DNA of 64,000 nt from Zancudomyces culisetae HAW-14-8 (GCA_052426225.1 JBNJNM010000008.1:1488001-1552000), one strand, 5' to 3'. Positions 10,072 to 22,463 are shown, numbered from the stretch's first letter. Numbers and translations: made by a program. Notes: generated by a model from the letters alone, not told the origin.

Positions 10072-12978
10072 ATGAGCAAGGGATTTGAAAGAAAAGGCCA
10101 TATAGGAAGGGATGTGTTTTTACCAACCAATGCGGACATACCAGGACCAGGACAATACAATCCACAACTAGAAGGATCACAATCATACAAATATTATGGT
10201 TTTCTAAATCGTTCAGAGCGTTTTGGAACAAATAAACACGATCTGGAAGAAGAGGAAAGGTATGAAATGGAAAAACCGGAAACAAGAGGTAATAGATACT
10301 TTGAGTCATACAGAAAAAAGGTAAAGTATGCAGATCCTAAAGAAGAAATAGAGTCTCTTAAAAAGGATATATCTGAATTGGAATCAATACTTTTGAAGCA
10401 AGAAAGCGAAAACAAAAAATTGGAAATGAGAAAAAACAGTAGTGAGAGGGAATTGAAAGAGAAAAGTAAAGAGATTGAGTATCTGGAAAGAAAATTTATA
10501 GAAACGAATGAAAAGATGCAAATTGAATTAGAAAAAGAGACGGAGAGGCAAAATGAACTTATTTCAGAGATCCAAAGGAATTTTATGGAGAAAATGAATA
10601 AAATGGATGCAAGATACAAAAGAGACGTGGAGGTACACAAAAGCGAAATAGAATTGTATATCAGAAAGGAACAAAAAATGAAAAAGGACATCGAAGAGAT
10701 GACATTAAAACATTTGAAAGTGGTAGAGGAAAAGGATGCAATGCTAAAAGCAAAACTTTTAGAGAATAAGCAACTAGCGAACGATTATAATAATATAAAG
10801 CATGAAAATGACATGCATGTTGAACAGCGTAAAAAAATGGAGGCAAAAAGAGCAACAGCAGAAGAGCAATTAGAGAACAAAACAAAAGAGAACTTGGTGC
10901 TACAAAAAAAGGTGGCAGATCTTAAAAGAGAACTGACTAACAAACACGCCGAGCTAATGAGTGGAATTGAGAAAGAGAATGAAGCTTGGGAAAGAAAAGT
11001 GGAGACTATGAGGCTAGAATGTGAAAGAAAAGTTGCAGGCGAGCGTCGAAGAGCCGAAGAGGTGTATAAGGCTGAAAAAGCACGATTGATGAGGGAATTT
11101 GATCAAAAAGCAGAGGCTATAGAAACGAAAATCAAAACTGAAGCACAAATTGAGCTTAAGCGGGCCCTAGAAAGACAAGAGAATCAAACAAAACAACAGG
11201 AGATGCGATACAGAGAGAAACTAGAGTTCAAGACAAAAGAGAACACGCAACTTAATGACGAGCTGGAGAGGCTATCCAGCGAAATTAACCGATTAAACGA
11301 ATTAGCACTAGATCGCCAGGAGCGACTTTTGGCTAGCGAAGGAGAAAAAACACGAATCAAAGCCACATTCAAGACTGAGAAAGAAAAGTATGATGCTGAG
11401 CTAAGGAACAGACAAGATGAAATAAGCAGGCTTATGAAGCTTAAAGACGAGGCAGTAAGTACTAGTATGGATGTACAGGCAAGAACTAATAGGCAACTAG
11501 GCGAACTGAATGCCAATCTAGCCGCGCTGAAGTCGGAGAATACAGTGCTGAAAGCAAAATGTACAAAACTTGATTCAGAGGTCACAAGAGTGAAGTCCGA
11601 ATATAAACGTTCATCAAAAGATCTGGAGAAAACCAAAGCCAAGTTGGAGGAAAACTTCACAGCTGTGGGCCAATTGCAAAGGGAGCTCGAGAACTCAAGA
11701 GACAAAGTTCGTAGATTACAAGATGAACTTGAAGAAGCTAGTAAACTCAGTCTCCAAAAAACAAATAAATTGCAAGAGCTTGAAACTCAAAGTGGTAAAG
11801 GTGTTCAAGAAATGGTTGAAAAATATCAAGCGAAATTAAATAAATATGCTCATGAAATTCAGACTATACGAGACGAGAATAAGAACCTTGCGGCACAAGT
11901 TGATTCAGCAAAGGTAGAAACTATTGGGTATGAAGCGCAGATTAAGAACCTTAAATCCGCACTAGAAAGTACCATTTTAGATCAAACAAAGTCTGAAGGC
12001 GATTTTACCTCTCTTTTGAAGCGGAATACAGGACTGGAAGACGAGAAGGCGGAGATGCAGGTTACATTGATGGACAAAGAGGATGAGATTTCTAAGTATC
12101 GTATGGAACTTAATGATGCCCATTATTCGTTAGAAACGGCTATTTCTGAGCTTGAGCATTACAAAGACCAGCTAGAATCATCAACAATAGCCCCTGTATT
12201 TAAACAAGATATGGCCGAAATTGATATGCTCTTCAAATCGATAGCAGAGCAACTGAAATTGGACGAGTTTTTGACCTCTAATGATTCAGCCATTGACTAT
12301 CACGCTCTGCTTTTGCAAATTTTAACTAAAGTTTACGAGTTAGTAGAACTACCCTCTACACTGGTGGACTACAAAGCCCTCGTTGAGTCGTGTATTTCTG
12401 AAAACTCGGCTTTGAGATCACAAAACGACAAACACCTTAGAAAGCTGGTTGAAGCTGAGCATGATATGTCAGAACTTTTGGAGAAACACGCATGTTTGTT
12501 ATCATCAGCGACCATAGTTACTACAAATTTTGATCAGTTGCTAACTGTTTTTTACAATCTTTTGATATTTCTCAGAACAACTTCCCACAGCATATACTCT
12601 TCTCTGGAGAACCATCTTTTCACTGAGCCGAGAATTCCAAACTACAATCGTGATGATTTTTTAAATAAGTCTTCCGAGACACCCAGTTCCCATCTACATT
12701 TTGTACTTATGGCACTAGCCGAGTTTGAAGCCACCTCTGCTATCTCTGGTGATGCAATTGAACATCTACCCCCACTTCTAGACTCAGACTCTAACAAGTC
12801 AAGGTCTTCAGTTCAGCCTCGCTATACATTTAATTATTTAAAAAAGTTAAAGGAAGAAAATTACAAATTAAAGCTAGATAATAAGCGACTTCAAGGCTTG
12901 GTTACCTCGAAGGAGTCTAAAATACACTCGATCCAACGAGATTTGGACATTTTTAAAAGCGTTTGGGTCGATCGGTAA
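10072..12978 (+). CDS. Long coiled-coil protein, HMMR/RHAMM-like (about 968 aa from the first ATG)
   Basis: N-terminal PGPGQYNP and ERF motif, about 650 aa of heptad coiled coil, and C-terminal YLKKLKEENYKLK resembling the HMMR/KIF15 basic zipper. The CDS is secure; the family call is by motif recall. Confidence 0.7.
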   Translation: MSKGFERKGHIGRDVFLPTNADIPGPGQYNPQLEGSQSYKYYGFLNRSERFGTNKHDLEEEERYEMEKPETRGNRYFESYRKKVKYADPKEEIESLKKDISELESILLKQESENKKLEMRKNSSERELKEKSKEIEYLERKFIETNEKMQIELEKETERQNELISEIQRNFMEKMNKMDARYKRDVEVHKSEIELYIRKEQKMKKDIEEMTLKHLKVVEEKDAMLKAKLLENKQLANDYNNIKHENDMHVEQRKKMEAKRATAEEQLENKTKENLVLQKKVADLKRELTNKHAELMSGIEKENEAWERKVETMRLECERKVAGERRRAEEVYKAEKARLMREFDQKAEAIETKIKTEAQIELKRALERQENQTKQQEMRYREKLEFKTKENTQLNDELERLSSEINRLNELALDRQERLLASEGEKTRIKATFKTEKEKYDAELRNRQDEISRLMKLKDEAVSTSMDVQARTNRQLGELNANLAALKSENTVLKAKCTKLDSEVTRVKSEYKRSSKDLEKTKAKLEENFTAVGQLQRELENSRDKVRRLQDELEEASKLSLQKTNKLQELETQSGKGVQEMVEKYQAKLNKYAHEIQTIRDENKNLAAQVDSAKVETIGYEAQIKNLKSALESTILDQTKSEGDFTSLLKRNTGLEDEKAEMQVTLMDKEDEISKYRMELNDAHYSLETAISELEHYKDQLESSTIAPVFKQDMAEIDMLFKSIAEQLKLDEFLTSNDSAIDYHALLLQILTKVYELVELPSTLVDYKALVESCISENSALRSQNDKHLRKLVEAEHDMSELLEKHACLLSSATIVTTNFDQLLTVFYNLLIFLRTTSHSIYSSLENHLFTEPRIPNYNRDDFLNKSSETPSSHLHFVLMALAEFEATSAISGDAIEHLPPLLDSDSNKSRSSVQPRYTFNYLKKLKEENYKLKLDNKRLQGLVTSKESKIHSIQRDLDIFKSVWVDR

Positions 12979-13341
12979 ACTATTATTTCTAAGTGATGAT
13001 GTGGATATATGAAGATAGTGCCTTTTTTGTACTCATTTTATTCTATAGTTACTAACTATAATTTGATATTAATGTGTTTTAAAAACATGTAGTGTATATA
13101 TTTAATTGGTTTGTTCATGTCGTAGATGCAACCTTTCCCTAAACAATTTGTACTAAATCGATGTTTGTGTGTCATTAATATTTTTATTTATTTCGCTAGT
13201 TAGTTCATGTATCTCAGCTTTGTTCGAGATCGGAAAATAAACAAGTAACACAAGTCAGATAATATCGCCGCTAAAATATGAAATTGTAAGCGTAAAAAAG
13301 TGACCGAAAATAAACATACATACTTAAAACTAATCTAATGT

Positions 13342-14409
13342 TTACTCTAGAAGGTATTTGATACTACATTTTTGTAGATCCTGGTCTTTGACGTGTCTGT
13401 TCACCACATTTTCTGGTTTGCCAATACTCCCCACTCCAAGTTGAATACACTCTGATCTATATAGCGGTAACACTTCATCTCCTCCTGCCTGTTTGCATCT
13501 AACCCTATACTCAGTATTACCCAGTATGCTATTGTATTCACTACCATCGTTCTCATCACCAGCATCAGCTGCTCCTTCACAGGTGTTGCTTGTAGTACTT
13601 GTAGTATTTGTAGTATTTGTAGTATTTGTAGTATTTTTAGTATTTGACATGCGCAGTTGTTTTTCAGTTTGTCCTATATTTAAGCACATATCTGCATTTC
13701 CTATTGGTACTATTATTCGTCGCTTCCCCTCGATAAATTTGAACGTACCAGTTCCAGGTATGTTGGATTTGTTTTTCACTCTATTCAGCATATTGTATTG
13801 TGTCTCAACCACTTTGTAAGAACGTCGTATTCGGGAAGACTTGTTGGACATCCATAGACGCTTGATAGTGTCATGGCTGTAGATTGGTTGAATAGAGTTT
13901 TTAGTGGTAAAGAGGTTTGGAGTGGTAAAGAGGTTTGGAGTCGATGGGACTGGGACTGGGACCGGAACCGGGACCGGGACTAGGGTTGATATGGGTGGTG
14001 AGTTTAGAGTGATCGGTGAGGTTAGGGGTGATGATTGAGGTGAATGCAATGAAGATGATAAGAGTGATGAGTGCGATGACTGTGATGAGTGTGGTTGATA
14101 TGATGGCTGTGATGACTGCGATGACTTTGATGAATGTGATGACTGTGACAAGGTTAAAGGCTGCTGCAAAGATGGTGGATATTGTGAATATGCCACATGT
14201 GATAAATATGACGAGTATGGTGAGTATGGTGAGTATGGTGGATATGGTGGGTATGGTGAATGTGGTAAATGTTGTTGAAAAGATATCTCGGGTTCCTCGC
14301 CTTTTCCAATTTTCCAAACATCCAAAAATTGTATTGGAACACCTTTAATGCCTCGTTTAGCTATCCTTTTTAACCGTGATACGCTTTTATCTTTTGTGAT
14401 TATTTTCAT
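13342..14409 (-). CDS. Orphan protein, copy B (about 355 aa), paralogue of 1027..2085
   Basis: Near-identical inverted copy with intact frame; ends CSIKYLLE. Confidence 0.75.
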   Translation of the reverse strand: MKIITKDKSVSRLKRIAKRGIKGVPIQFLDVWKIGKGEEPEISFQQHLPHSPYPPYPPYSPYSPYSSYLSHVAYSQYPPSLQQPLTLSQSSHSSKSSQSSQPSYQPHSSQSSHSSLLSSSLHSPQSSPLTSPITLNSPPISTLVPVPVPVPVPVPSTPNLFTTPNLFTTKNSIQPIYSHDTIKRLWMSNKSSRIRRSYKVVETQYNMLNRVKNKSNIPGTGTFKFIEGKRRIIVPIGNADMCLNIGQTEKQLRMSNTKNTTNTTNTTNTTSTTSNTCEGAADAGDENDGSEYNSILGNTEYRVRCKQAGGDEVLPLYRSECIQLGVGSIGKPENVVNRHVKDQDLQKCSIKYLLE

Positions 14410-15441
14410 ATTGGTACAAACTATATTCAAGTTTTTTATCGATCGGATTGAGTATTTACCTAGATGCTAGAGTAATTGGGTTTATGGGATACACCGGTAT
14501 TGTAGTATATAGTTGTATAGTTTAGTTGTGTATAGTTTAGTTGTGTATAGTTTATTGTGTAGTTTATTGTGTAGTTTTTAGTTGTGTAGTTTACTGTGTA
14601 GTTTAGTTGTATAGTTGTATATTTGATATAGATAAAATATTTTTATGATATTTGTAGTGTGTTTCTAAGAATACTAAAATGATGGTTTTAGTAGTCAATG
14701 ATTGTATCGATTGCGATATATCAACTGTTGAGTATAATACAAATACAAGATCAATAGTAAACTAAAAGTAGACTTAGAGTTGATGTTAGAGTTGATGATA
14801 TAATTAATGTTAGAAGTAGAACCGGACTTGGAATTGAAACTAGAATTAGAATTAGAATTAGAACTAAAATTAAAGCTAGAATTAGAATTTCTGCTGGCTA
14901 TACTATCTATTTATACCATTAAGGATAGTTGTGTAGAGTAAAGGTTAAACAAGTGAAAAATAATCAAATTAAACGTGTTTTAAAAAATGGTACAGAATTG
15001 ATGCAAATAATAGCCAAAAGAACCGTTTAAAAAAGCAAGCCGATTTCCTAATTCAGAAGAGTGATTGAAGAGGAATAAAATATTATAAATAATAGCAATT
15101 AATAGGAACAGACAGAAACCTGGGTGAGAAGATGAAGAAGCGGAACATGAGAGGTGAGAGGTGAGAGGTGAGAGGTGAGAGGTGAGAGGTGAGAGGTGAG
15201 AGGTGAGAGGTGAGAGGTGAGCGATGAGCGATGAGAGGTGAGCGGTAAGTAATGAGAAGATACAGAAAAAGAAAGGGGGAAGAGTGGTGTGAGAAGAGCA
15301 GATAAAGAAAAGGGAAGGGGGAAGAGAAAAGAGAAACAGACAGTCAAATCAACGTGATAAGTGGTTTCAAACTAGTAAAGGGATAATGATTACGGAACTA
15401 GAAGTGATGGACAGTGTGGGACCAGATCAGAGTGATGAAAG
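13355..15441. repeat. Right arm of the long inverted repeat; outer end probably further right
   Basis: Reverse complement of 1..2072. The outer boundary cannot be fixed because the partner arm leaves the window. Confidence 0.97.
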
Positions 15442-18400
15442 CGGTAAAATGAAAAGTGCAAAGTGGAAAGTGGAAAGTGGAAGGTGTAAAATGTAAAATG
15501 TAAATACGACAGGTAAATGTAACACGCGATAAAAACGGAGAAATGATAATATTGCGATGGGGAAAGCGAAGAGTAAAATTATATGTAATGTAGCTGTATA
15601 ATGCTTGTGTAATGATATCGGGGTAGTTGCAAGGTGGAAACTCAATAATGAACGATGTATTAAGGAGTCCATTAATAGCTATTAGCATAGGAACACTATA
15701 TGTATCACACCCATTTTTGATATTAATTTCGCGATATATTGAAATTGGTCTGATTTCTGCACAATTTTTATGACATATGATTGAATGATATCATATCAAA
15801 CGTTTTTATCATCCTATCATCATGCTGCAATGTTTTGGTATATTTATTCAATTTTGTTTTATTTAAGTGTTAGTGCTGTGTATATCTTTACAAACTTGGA
15901 TATATTAACTGCTCTATTTGGTCATAGTCATGTTTTACACGAGCTTATAAGTAGCTAGTTAGTCTTTAATGATCACAAACTTCAGTATTTGGATAAAAAT
16001 CTTATTTTATTAAATTACTTGAAATGGTATTAGCAAGCTTTCCTGTTTTGGACGGTTTTAAAACTATCCTGAATCACAACTTTTAGTTTTCTGTGATTTC
16101 GATTTACCCAACCAGTAACAAGTATACTTCTTTTGCTTGTAGGAGCTATTGACATTTCCTAAATAAATTGTAGGTCCTTCCAGATGAATATCTGCTCTTT
16201 CTATACATTTGCCTGAGACGTTTTCACCCAAACTAAAATGCTTTTCAATATTCTAATCAACAAACTCGGTTATTATTTTACAATTTTTACCCGTTGATTT
16301 AATAGCAGTGCTCACTTGTTCTGGCAGCAAAGCAATTGTTTTTGAGTTTGATTATCATCAGCGTTTTCCAGGGAAATTTTCTTTAATAACACATTTCTGT
16401 GTTTAATGAAAGTGAAAATCTTTTATATAATTTTGTATCAAGATGGCAAATATCATCTATAAATTTTGGTTTCAAATTTCCCATTTAGGTCTAATTAAAC
16501 TTTTAGTAAAATCAAAACTAGGTTATCGACATTTCAGCTAACAGATTTCACCAGCAGAATCAGCAAGTTGTTTCTACGACGAAAGACACTTTTTGCTTTT
16601 GTGAAAATAACAAATGGCATGGGGCTGTAGTAGTATCACATAGATATGGTCAATTTACTAAAGATTCCAAAATTTACTTATCGAGTTGCTCTTTAACTCC
16701 CAAACCCATTAATTGTTTCCTCTTCCCAATGGTTTCTTGTCAGGTAAGCTCAGCACAAACTGTTATAATTCTAGAATTATCATTTCAAAGAACATTAACC
16801 TTGTTGATAAATGACTCACACTGCGGCCATATTACACTGTTTATAGATTCTTTTTAGTCAATATGGTCATTCTACGTTGTTCAGTATCTTCCTCTTACTT
16901 CAAAGAAAGCCTAAATCTGCATTTGCGGCATTCCTATTCTGCTTTGAGAGATTATTGATTATTTTATTATTGGGTGCTTACCAGCTTCACAGTATTTTAT
17001 CAAATTACGTGGTTCTGTAACATTGTACATATTTGTAATTTCATCTTCGAAATTAGTATACATACAACCAATTATGGCGAAAGTTCTACAAAAAGGCGGG
17101 CAAGTGAGTTTATGAGGGTTGTTGGTGATGTTAATGTGTACTAAAACATTTAACTTCTGTGACCACACACAACTATATGCCGCTTTCACATTCAAATGTG
17201 GCTAAATGTAATTTTTTTGGGGCCGAGTTTTTTTGAAGCGGGCCAAACTAAAAAATTTATTTGACGGTTACAACCAATTTGTGTTCGAAAAACCATATAG
17301 CACAATATTCAGCTAAACACTTATATTACACTAACAGGGAGAGAGGAAAGGAAGGAATGTGTATATTGAAATAGTGTAATTAGCATCTTTTTTACATTAA
17401 TGTACTATCTAAACCCTCCGAAATGACATAAGCTAAAAACCACTATCTGTCCCGTAGAGGCATAGATACTGTAATAACAAGGTCTATTAATACATTAAAA
17501 ATTTGTATGGACTGATTTTTAATTGCCATTTATGATTGCATGAGTGTTAGATTACTTACTTAGAAACATTGCGCTAAATTAAAAAAAGATAGGGGTAGTT
17601 TAACTAGATCTAGAAAGTTCCCACATGTAGTACACTATAATGAGTAAAAAACATTCTACAACTGGATGTTAGTTTTTAAGAATCGAAATAAAACACCATC
17701 GAACACACCGACTAAAAATAGAAGGATGAGACATGTTACGCAATTTCCGAATTGGCTCTTAGTTGTAAAATGAACATTGATCATGATATTTTCGACCCCA
17801 TTAGCTAGCTATAGAACCGCAACAACTGCTGGAGCAGGTGATGCATCAATGGGTTTATACGCTTTCATCTTTAGTGATTGTTATTAAAAGGCTTTTTTCC
17901 TTTTGTTTCAAAAAGAACAGGAGCTGAAAGGATTCAACAAAACATAGTAATTCACATGTAGTTCTGCAAAAGAGGCACATACTGGGAAAAAAGCATAATT
18001 GAACTAAAAACCTTCTGTGCTTATTTATTATGAAATTACAGCTAGGACGTTTTTTTATTTTTAAGCTTTTCATGAAAATGCGGATAAAAAAAATTCCGAT
18101 TTTCTTACTGTGTTTTGCTCTTCTTACTGTACAAGTGGTAATAAATGTTGTATTGATTGATTGTTTTGGTTGTGTAATATTTTTTTTGCCGGTCTTACCT
18201 TCATAACTTAGTCTATATAAATGTTGTTTATAGTGTGAATGTTGCTCAATTCTTTCTACTGGTACAATAAACAAAAGCAGTAGTGGCTGATTTACTATGG
18301 ATCTTAGTAACCATCGGTTATATCGAAGTATTTTACTGAATCAATTTAGAGAAGAGTTAGGTTGGATTGATAAAAAAGCTGAAAATAACACTTTAGGTAT

Positions 18401-19426
18401 CATACTAAACACTTGTACAGAAAGTATTGCATTTTAATATGACAACAGTAGCATTTACTGTACATTCTCACAATCATGTGATTTGTGTATCATCTAGTCT
18501 TTTTTTTCCTGCTTTTTTGGTCTTACATGCGCTTTCTCAGGATGTGTAAAAAGAACTAAAATGAGGTATGAGTCAAGATGATTCATTTCGTCTACCAAGG
18601 GAATTCGTGGCTCAATTTTTTATTCCAGTGTTATTGGAATGCATGGTGAGGTGTTATATCGATTGGGATATTCAATTATAATCGAAGAGGATATATTGCT
18701 CCAAATTCTTCCGCGTTACCCACAAAATCCAGAGTATTTAATTTTTTGTGAAAAGAGAGGCAAGTGCAGAAAAACCGAAAGGATATAGATATTTCTATCC
18801 CTTAAACATGTTGTTGAGCGAGTATATTTTAGTTTCCAATAACAAAGGTGTTATAGCTACGGCCTGTAGTTGAAATGTGCAAAATAAACTACAACACACT
18901 CTTTTCTATTTATTTAGAAACAAAGCAATCTATATTGAAGATGCAATAACTATTCAAAGGGTTATATGGGGCACATAAAAGGTAAGTACGGTAGATTCAT
19001 CCTACCCCCTCCTCCTTTTTCGATAGCTTACAATGAGCTTGGTGTATCAATTCTATACTTACACTGCTCAATAAAAAAGATAGTGTACTGATTCATTTAT
19101 ACGCTCCCTTCAAAAAAATGTTGGGTATAAGATACATGTAAGTATTATTGTCACGTGGTTGTGCTATGGGCGTCTTACGACTCCTTTGTTTTCATGGCGG
19201 TATCAGAGCTAACTGAAAACTTGTAGGGCGATTGTGTCAATTGGTATATCCGATTGGTGAGAAAAAAGGAATCAATAATATTTATTGTGAATCGATAGAA
19301 GAGAGAGTAGGAGTGACTGAAGAGGATGGACGGGTGATTGATGGGGAAATGGATTCTGCCGTGTTTTGTTGTAAGTTAGATCACGTTTTGCAATTGTTGT
19401 TTTTGGAAAAGAAGCACAATGGTAGC

Positions 19427-19461
19427 GGCTGTCGGCTGTCGGCTGTCGGCTGTCGGCTGTC
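19427..19461. repeat. Heptamer microsatellite (GGCTGTC)5
   Basis: ggctgtcggctgtcggctgtcggctgtcggctgtc read directly. Confidence 0.9.
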
Positions 19462-22070
19462 ATCTACCAATACCGAAGCTGGTGCTATAAACCGTTGTTG
19501 TCTTGTTTTAAATAGGGGAGTACGACCAAGACGAATCATAACATAAGGTTATCGGGCTGCGTTTTTTGGGAATTCCGTTTTTTGGTTGGAGCACAGTATT
19601 TTTGTTCTGATTATGATCAGCAAAGAAAAACACAATTTTGTTTTATCGGACATACACGAGGTCACAAGACCGTGCTATATAAATCACCAAACGAAATCCT
19701 TGAAGAAATAGGCACAATTGAAGGGAGGTGAGAGGGGTGGAGTGGAAGATGAGATATGGTTGGGATATTGGGTTCTCAATGTCCAGAAGTTTTTCACTTT
19801 TCTACTTTTTTTTCAGGAAGGGAGGGGGGAAACAGTGAGGTGGTAAAGCAGTGAGGTGGTAAAGCAGTAAATCACAGTAAAAAAAGAAAAAAAAGATATG
19901 GAATGAGCATACTCATTTTTGAGAAATCACACCAGATTTGGAATGGCTTATTTGAGGGGTTTACACAATTTTGTCCGTGATGTCGTGGCATGTTTGACTT
20001 GCCATTGAGCATTGTTATTGTTTATATTTTTTTATAATCCCAATTACTTTCTCATTATAAAAGTTTTGAACTCGTGACCAAACTGTATGGGGAAAAGCAA
20101 AGCTTGTGACCAAGCTGAACTGCGAACAAGAAGGCCCAAAAAACCAATTGTGGGGAATGTGTGTGCATCATTAAAAATCAAGTTGGTGAAAGAATGTGTG
20201 GTTTTCGAGTTTTACTGGTCAATTTGAAATGGCATTTGTAATTATTTTGCGGTTTTTCTTTGTTTTTCTGTTATTTTTATCGCAAAAAGCGTAGCAACAT
20301 TGGATATTACTAAATATTCGAACAAATTCTTAACGGCTTCTTTTCGCTCATTGACGTAGAATATTTAGAAAAAAACTTTTTTAGCTGCGCACAAATGAAG
20401 CATTACAAATGCATACTGGTTTTTTTTTGGCAGAAATTGAATGAAAGGTGACAGAAAAGCGCAAAGCAGGAATTATTGGATGAAAGATAGGTGGAGATGA
20501 CTCCAAATAGCAAATAGCTAGCATTTGACAAAACTCCAAACAATGCTATTGGATTTGGTATCAAACATGTTTCAGATAATTTCAATCCAGGCTTATGGGC
20601 GGTGGAACTAGAAAAACTAAAAAAAATTAAAAAGAATCAAATTGGCCAAAATACCCAAGTTTTCGCAAATCCATGCTCTTTACACTGCCTTGTATGAAGG
20701 GCTATACTGTGGTAGCAAATCACAATAGAATAATTTCGGGTTTTCGTGCAGTCAGGTTTTGTAGATTGCTGTGTGTAGCAAGAATAAAACTAGGAAAATA
20801 TTTTGCAGATATTCATTCGCTAGAAATATTGGTGACATTTTAAGATGCATTTGCTCGATTGGAAAAGCAAAAAAATTTTTTAAACCGAAACCAAATAAAA
20901 ACGCAGTAAGTGCTAATAGTGAGAAACTTGTGGGTTTATTGGATAAGATTTCGTCTAGATACGTTTTTTTATTTTAGTGATAAATTGAGACGTTTTATTA
21001 AGAGCAAAAAACTCAACAACTTTTCTTTATAGTGGTGCCATTGGGTAGGAAATATAGTGCAAAGTAGATTTTAAAGGGATGCATAATGGGTTTTGGGCAT
21101 TCCGTATATTTTCATTTTTTTGTTTCTATTGCAAAATAATAACGTTATATAAAAAAAATTTTTCTTGTAAGGTGATTCGTGAAGCTTAATTTTTGGGTAT
21201 ATTTATGGGCAAATCAAATAATAGAATTGATAACAAGTTGTGAATGCAAATGGGTTTTATTTTTTTCATGATTGACTTCAATAATTAGCATGAAAGATTG
21301 CAATAAAATTAACAAAAAGTTAGCATCTGTTGATTGAGAAGATAACCTGTGTTTTTAGTGACCCTTTAATTGTTGGGGGGGTAGAGGGATGAGGGGCAAT
21401 GGGAGAGAGGAGAAAGGAATTGATGTGGAAAGTTAAGGAAAATGGTGCGAAAAAACATGGGCTTTCTTTAATTACTAATTGATTTATTTGCATTTGAAAT
21501 GGTGGAAAACAGTTTTTTTTTGTCAGACAAGTCTGGTTCACAATGGTTTTTTGTCATTTTTTTAAAAAGATCTATTCTTAAGAAAAAAAAGGCACAGCAA
21601 AATTTCTTGGAAGGCTATGGTCAGCAGCCGCAAAAAAAAAAATCCGCTTTGTAATAAAGTGTTGGCAAAAAAAAAAATGACAAAATAGCTTACTAAAAAA
21701 AAAAGGAAATGGGGAGTAGGGAATAGGGAAAAAGGTGGTTTCAAAAAGAAGTCATTACAAATTAATTTTATACGCCAATATTTGTCCAAGCTGCGTAAAG
21801 AAATAAAAAAATCAAACATATAAGAGCTACGTGAATAAAATATAAGAAATAAGTAACCACTAAACACTACTTTGTAAAGGTACACCAAATCTCTGAGATA
21901 GTATTTAACTCTTTTTTTTTGTATTTTGTGGGTTACAATCAGATACAACAAACAGTGAACATACTTGCTCCAGAAAGCTGCGGAAACAGTATTGATTACG
22001 AATAAAAGACAAAAAAAAATAGTTCTTGAAAGAATTGCGCAAGATTAAAAGCATTTTAAGCGATTAAAAG

Positions 22071-22144
22071 GTAAGACTTTTTGTTTTTGGAGACATAATA
22101 AAGAAGATAGACACTAACACGTTTTTGTTTTCATATAAATATAG
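22071..22144 (+). other. Probable 5'-UTR intron of the cyclin gene (74 nt)
   Basis: AAAG|GTAAGA donor, ACTAAC branch at 22113-22118, pyrimidine tract and TAG acceptor, 320 nt upstream of the ATG. Confidence 0.6.
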
Positions 22145-22463
22145 GATTAAATAACCTAAGAGAAACAAATACTAGAAAAAAGATTTACTTGTACTAAAAG
22201 AAAAAATGTTTTAATTAATTTCCGACTTTGGAATAAGAAAGTTAAATACGAACTAGAATAAACAACAATAACTTGAACAAAAAAGGCAACCGAAATAAAC
22301 AACCAACCAGACCCAAACGAGGATAAGAACTGAAGGCGAAAGTAATCAGTAACAACCAAAGTTAAGATAAAACAAAACCGAAACAACAACGTCAAAGTGA
22401 AACTCAAATTGAAATCCAAAAGGAAAAGGAAGAAAAAGAAAAGGAAAAAAGGGGGGACATAAA

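Noticed and set aside
1-15441. Inverted repeats as TIRs of a transposon or composite element carrying cargo
   Set aside because: No transposase, recombinase or RT motif, and the interior holds ordinary housekeeping genes. Outer ends and TSDs are not visible, so this is unsupported rather than excluded.
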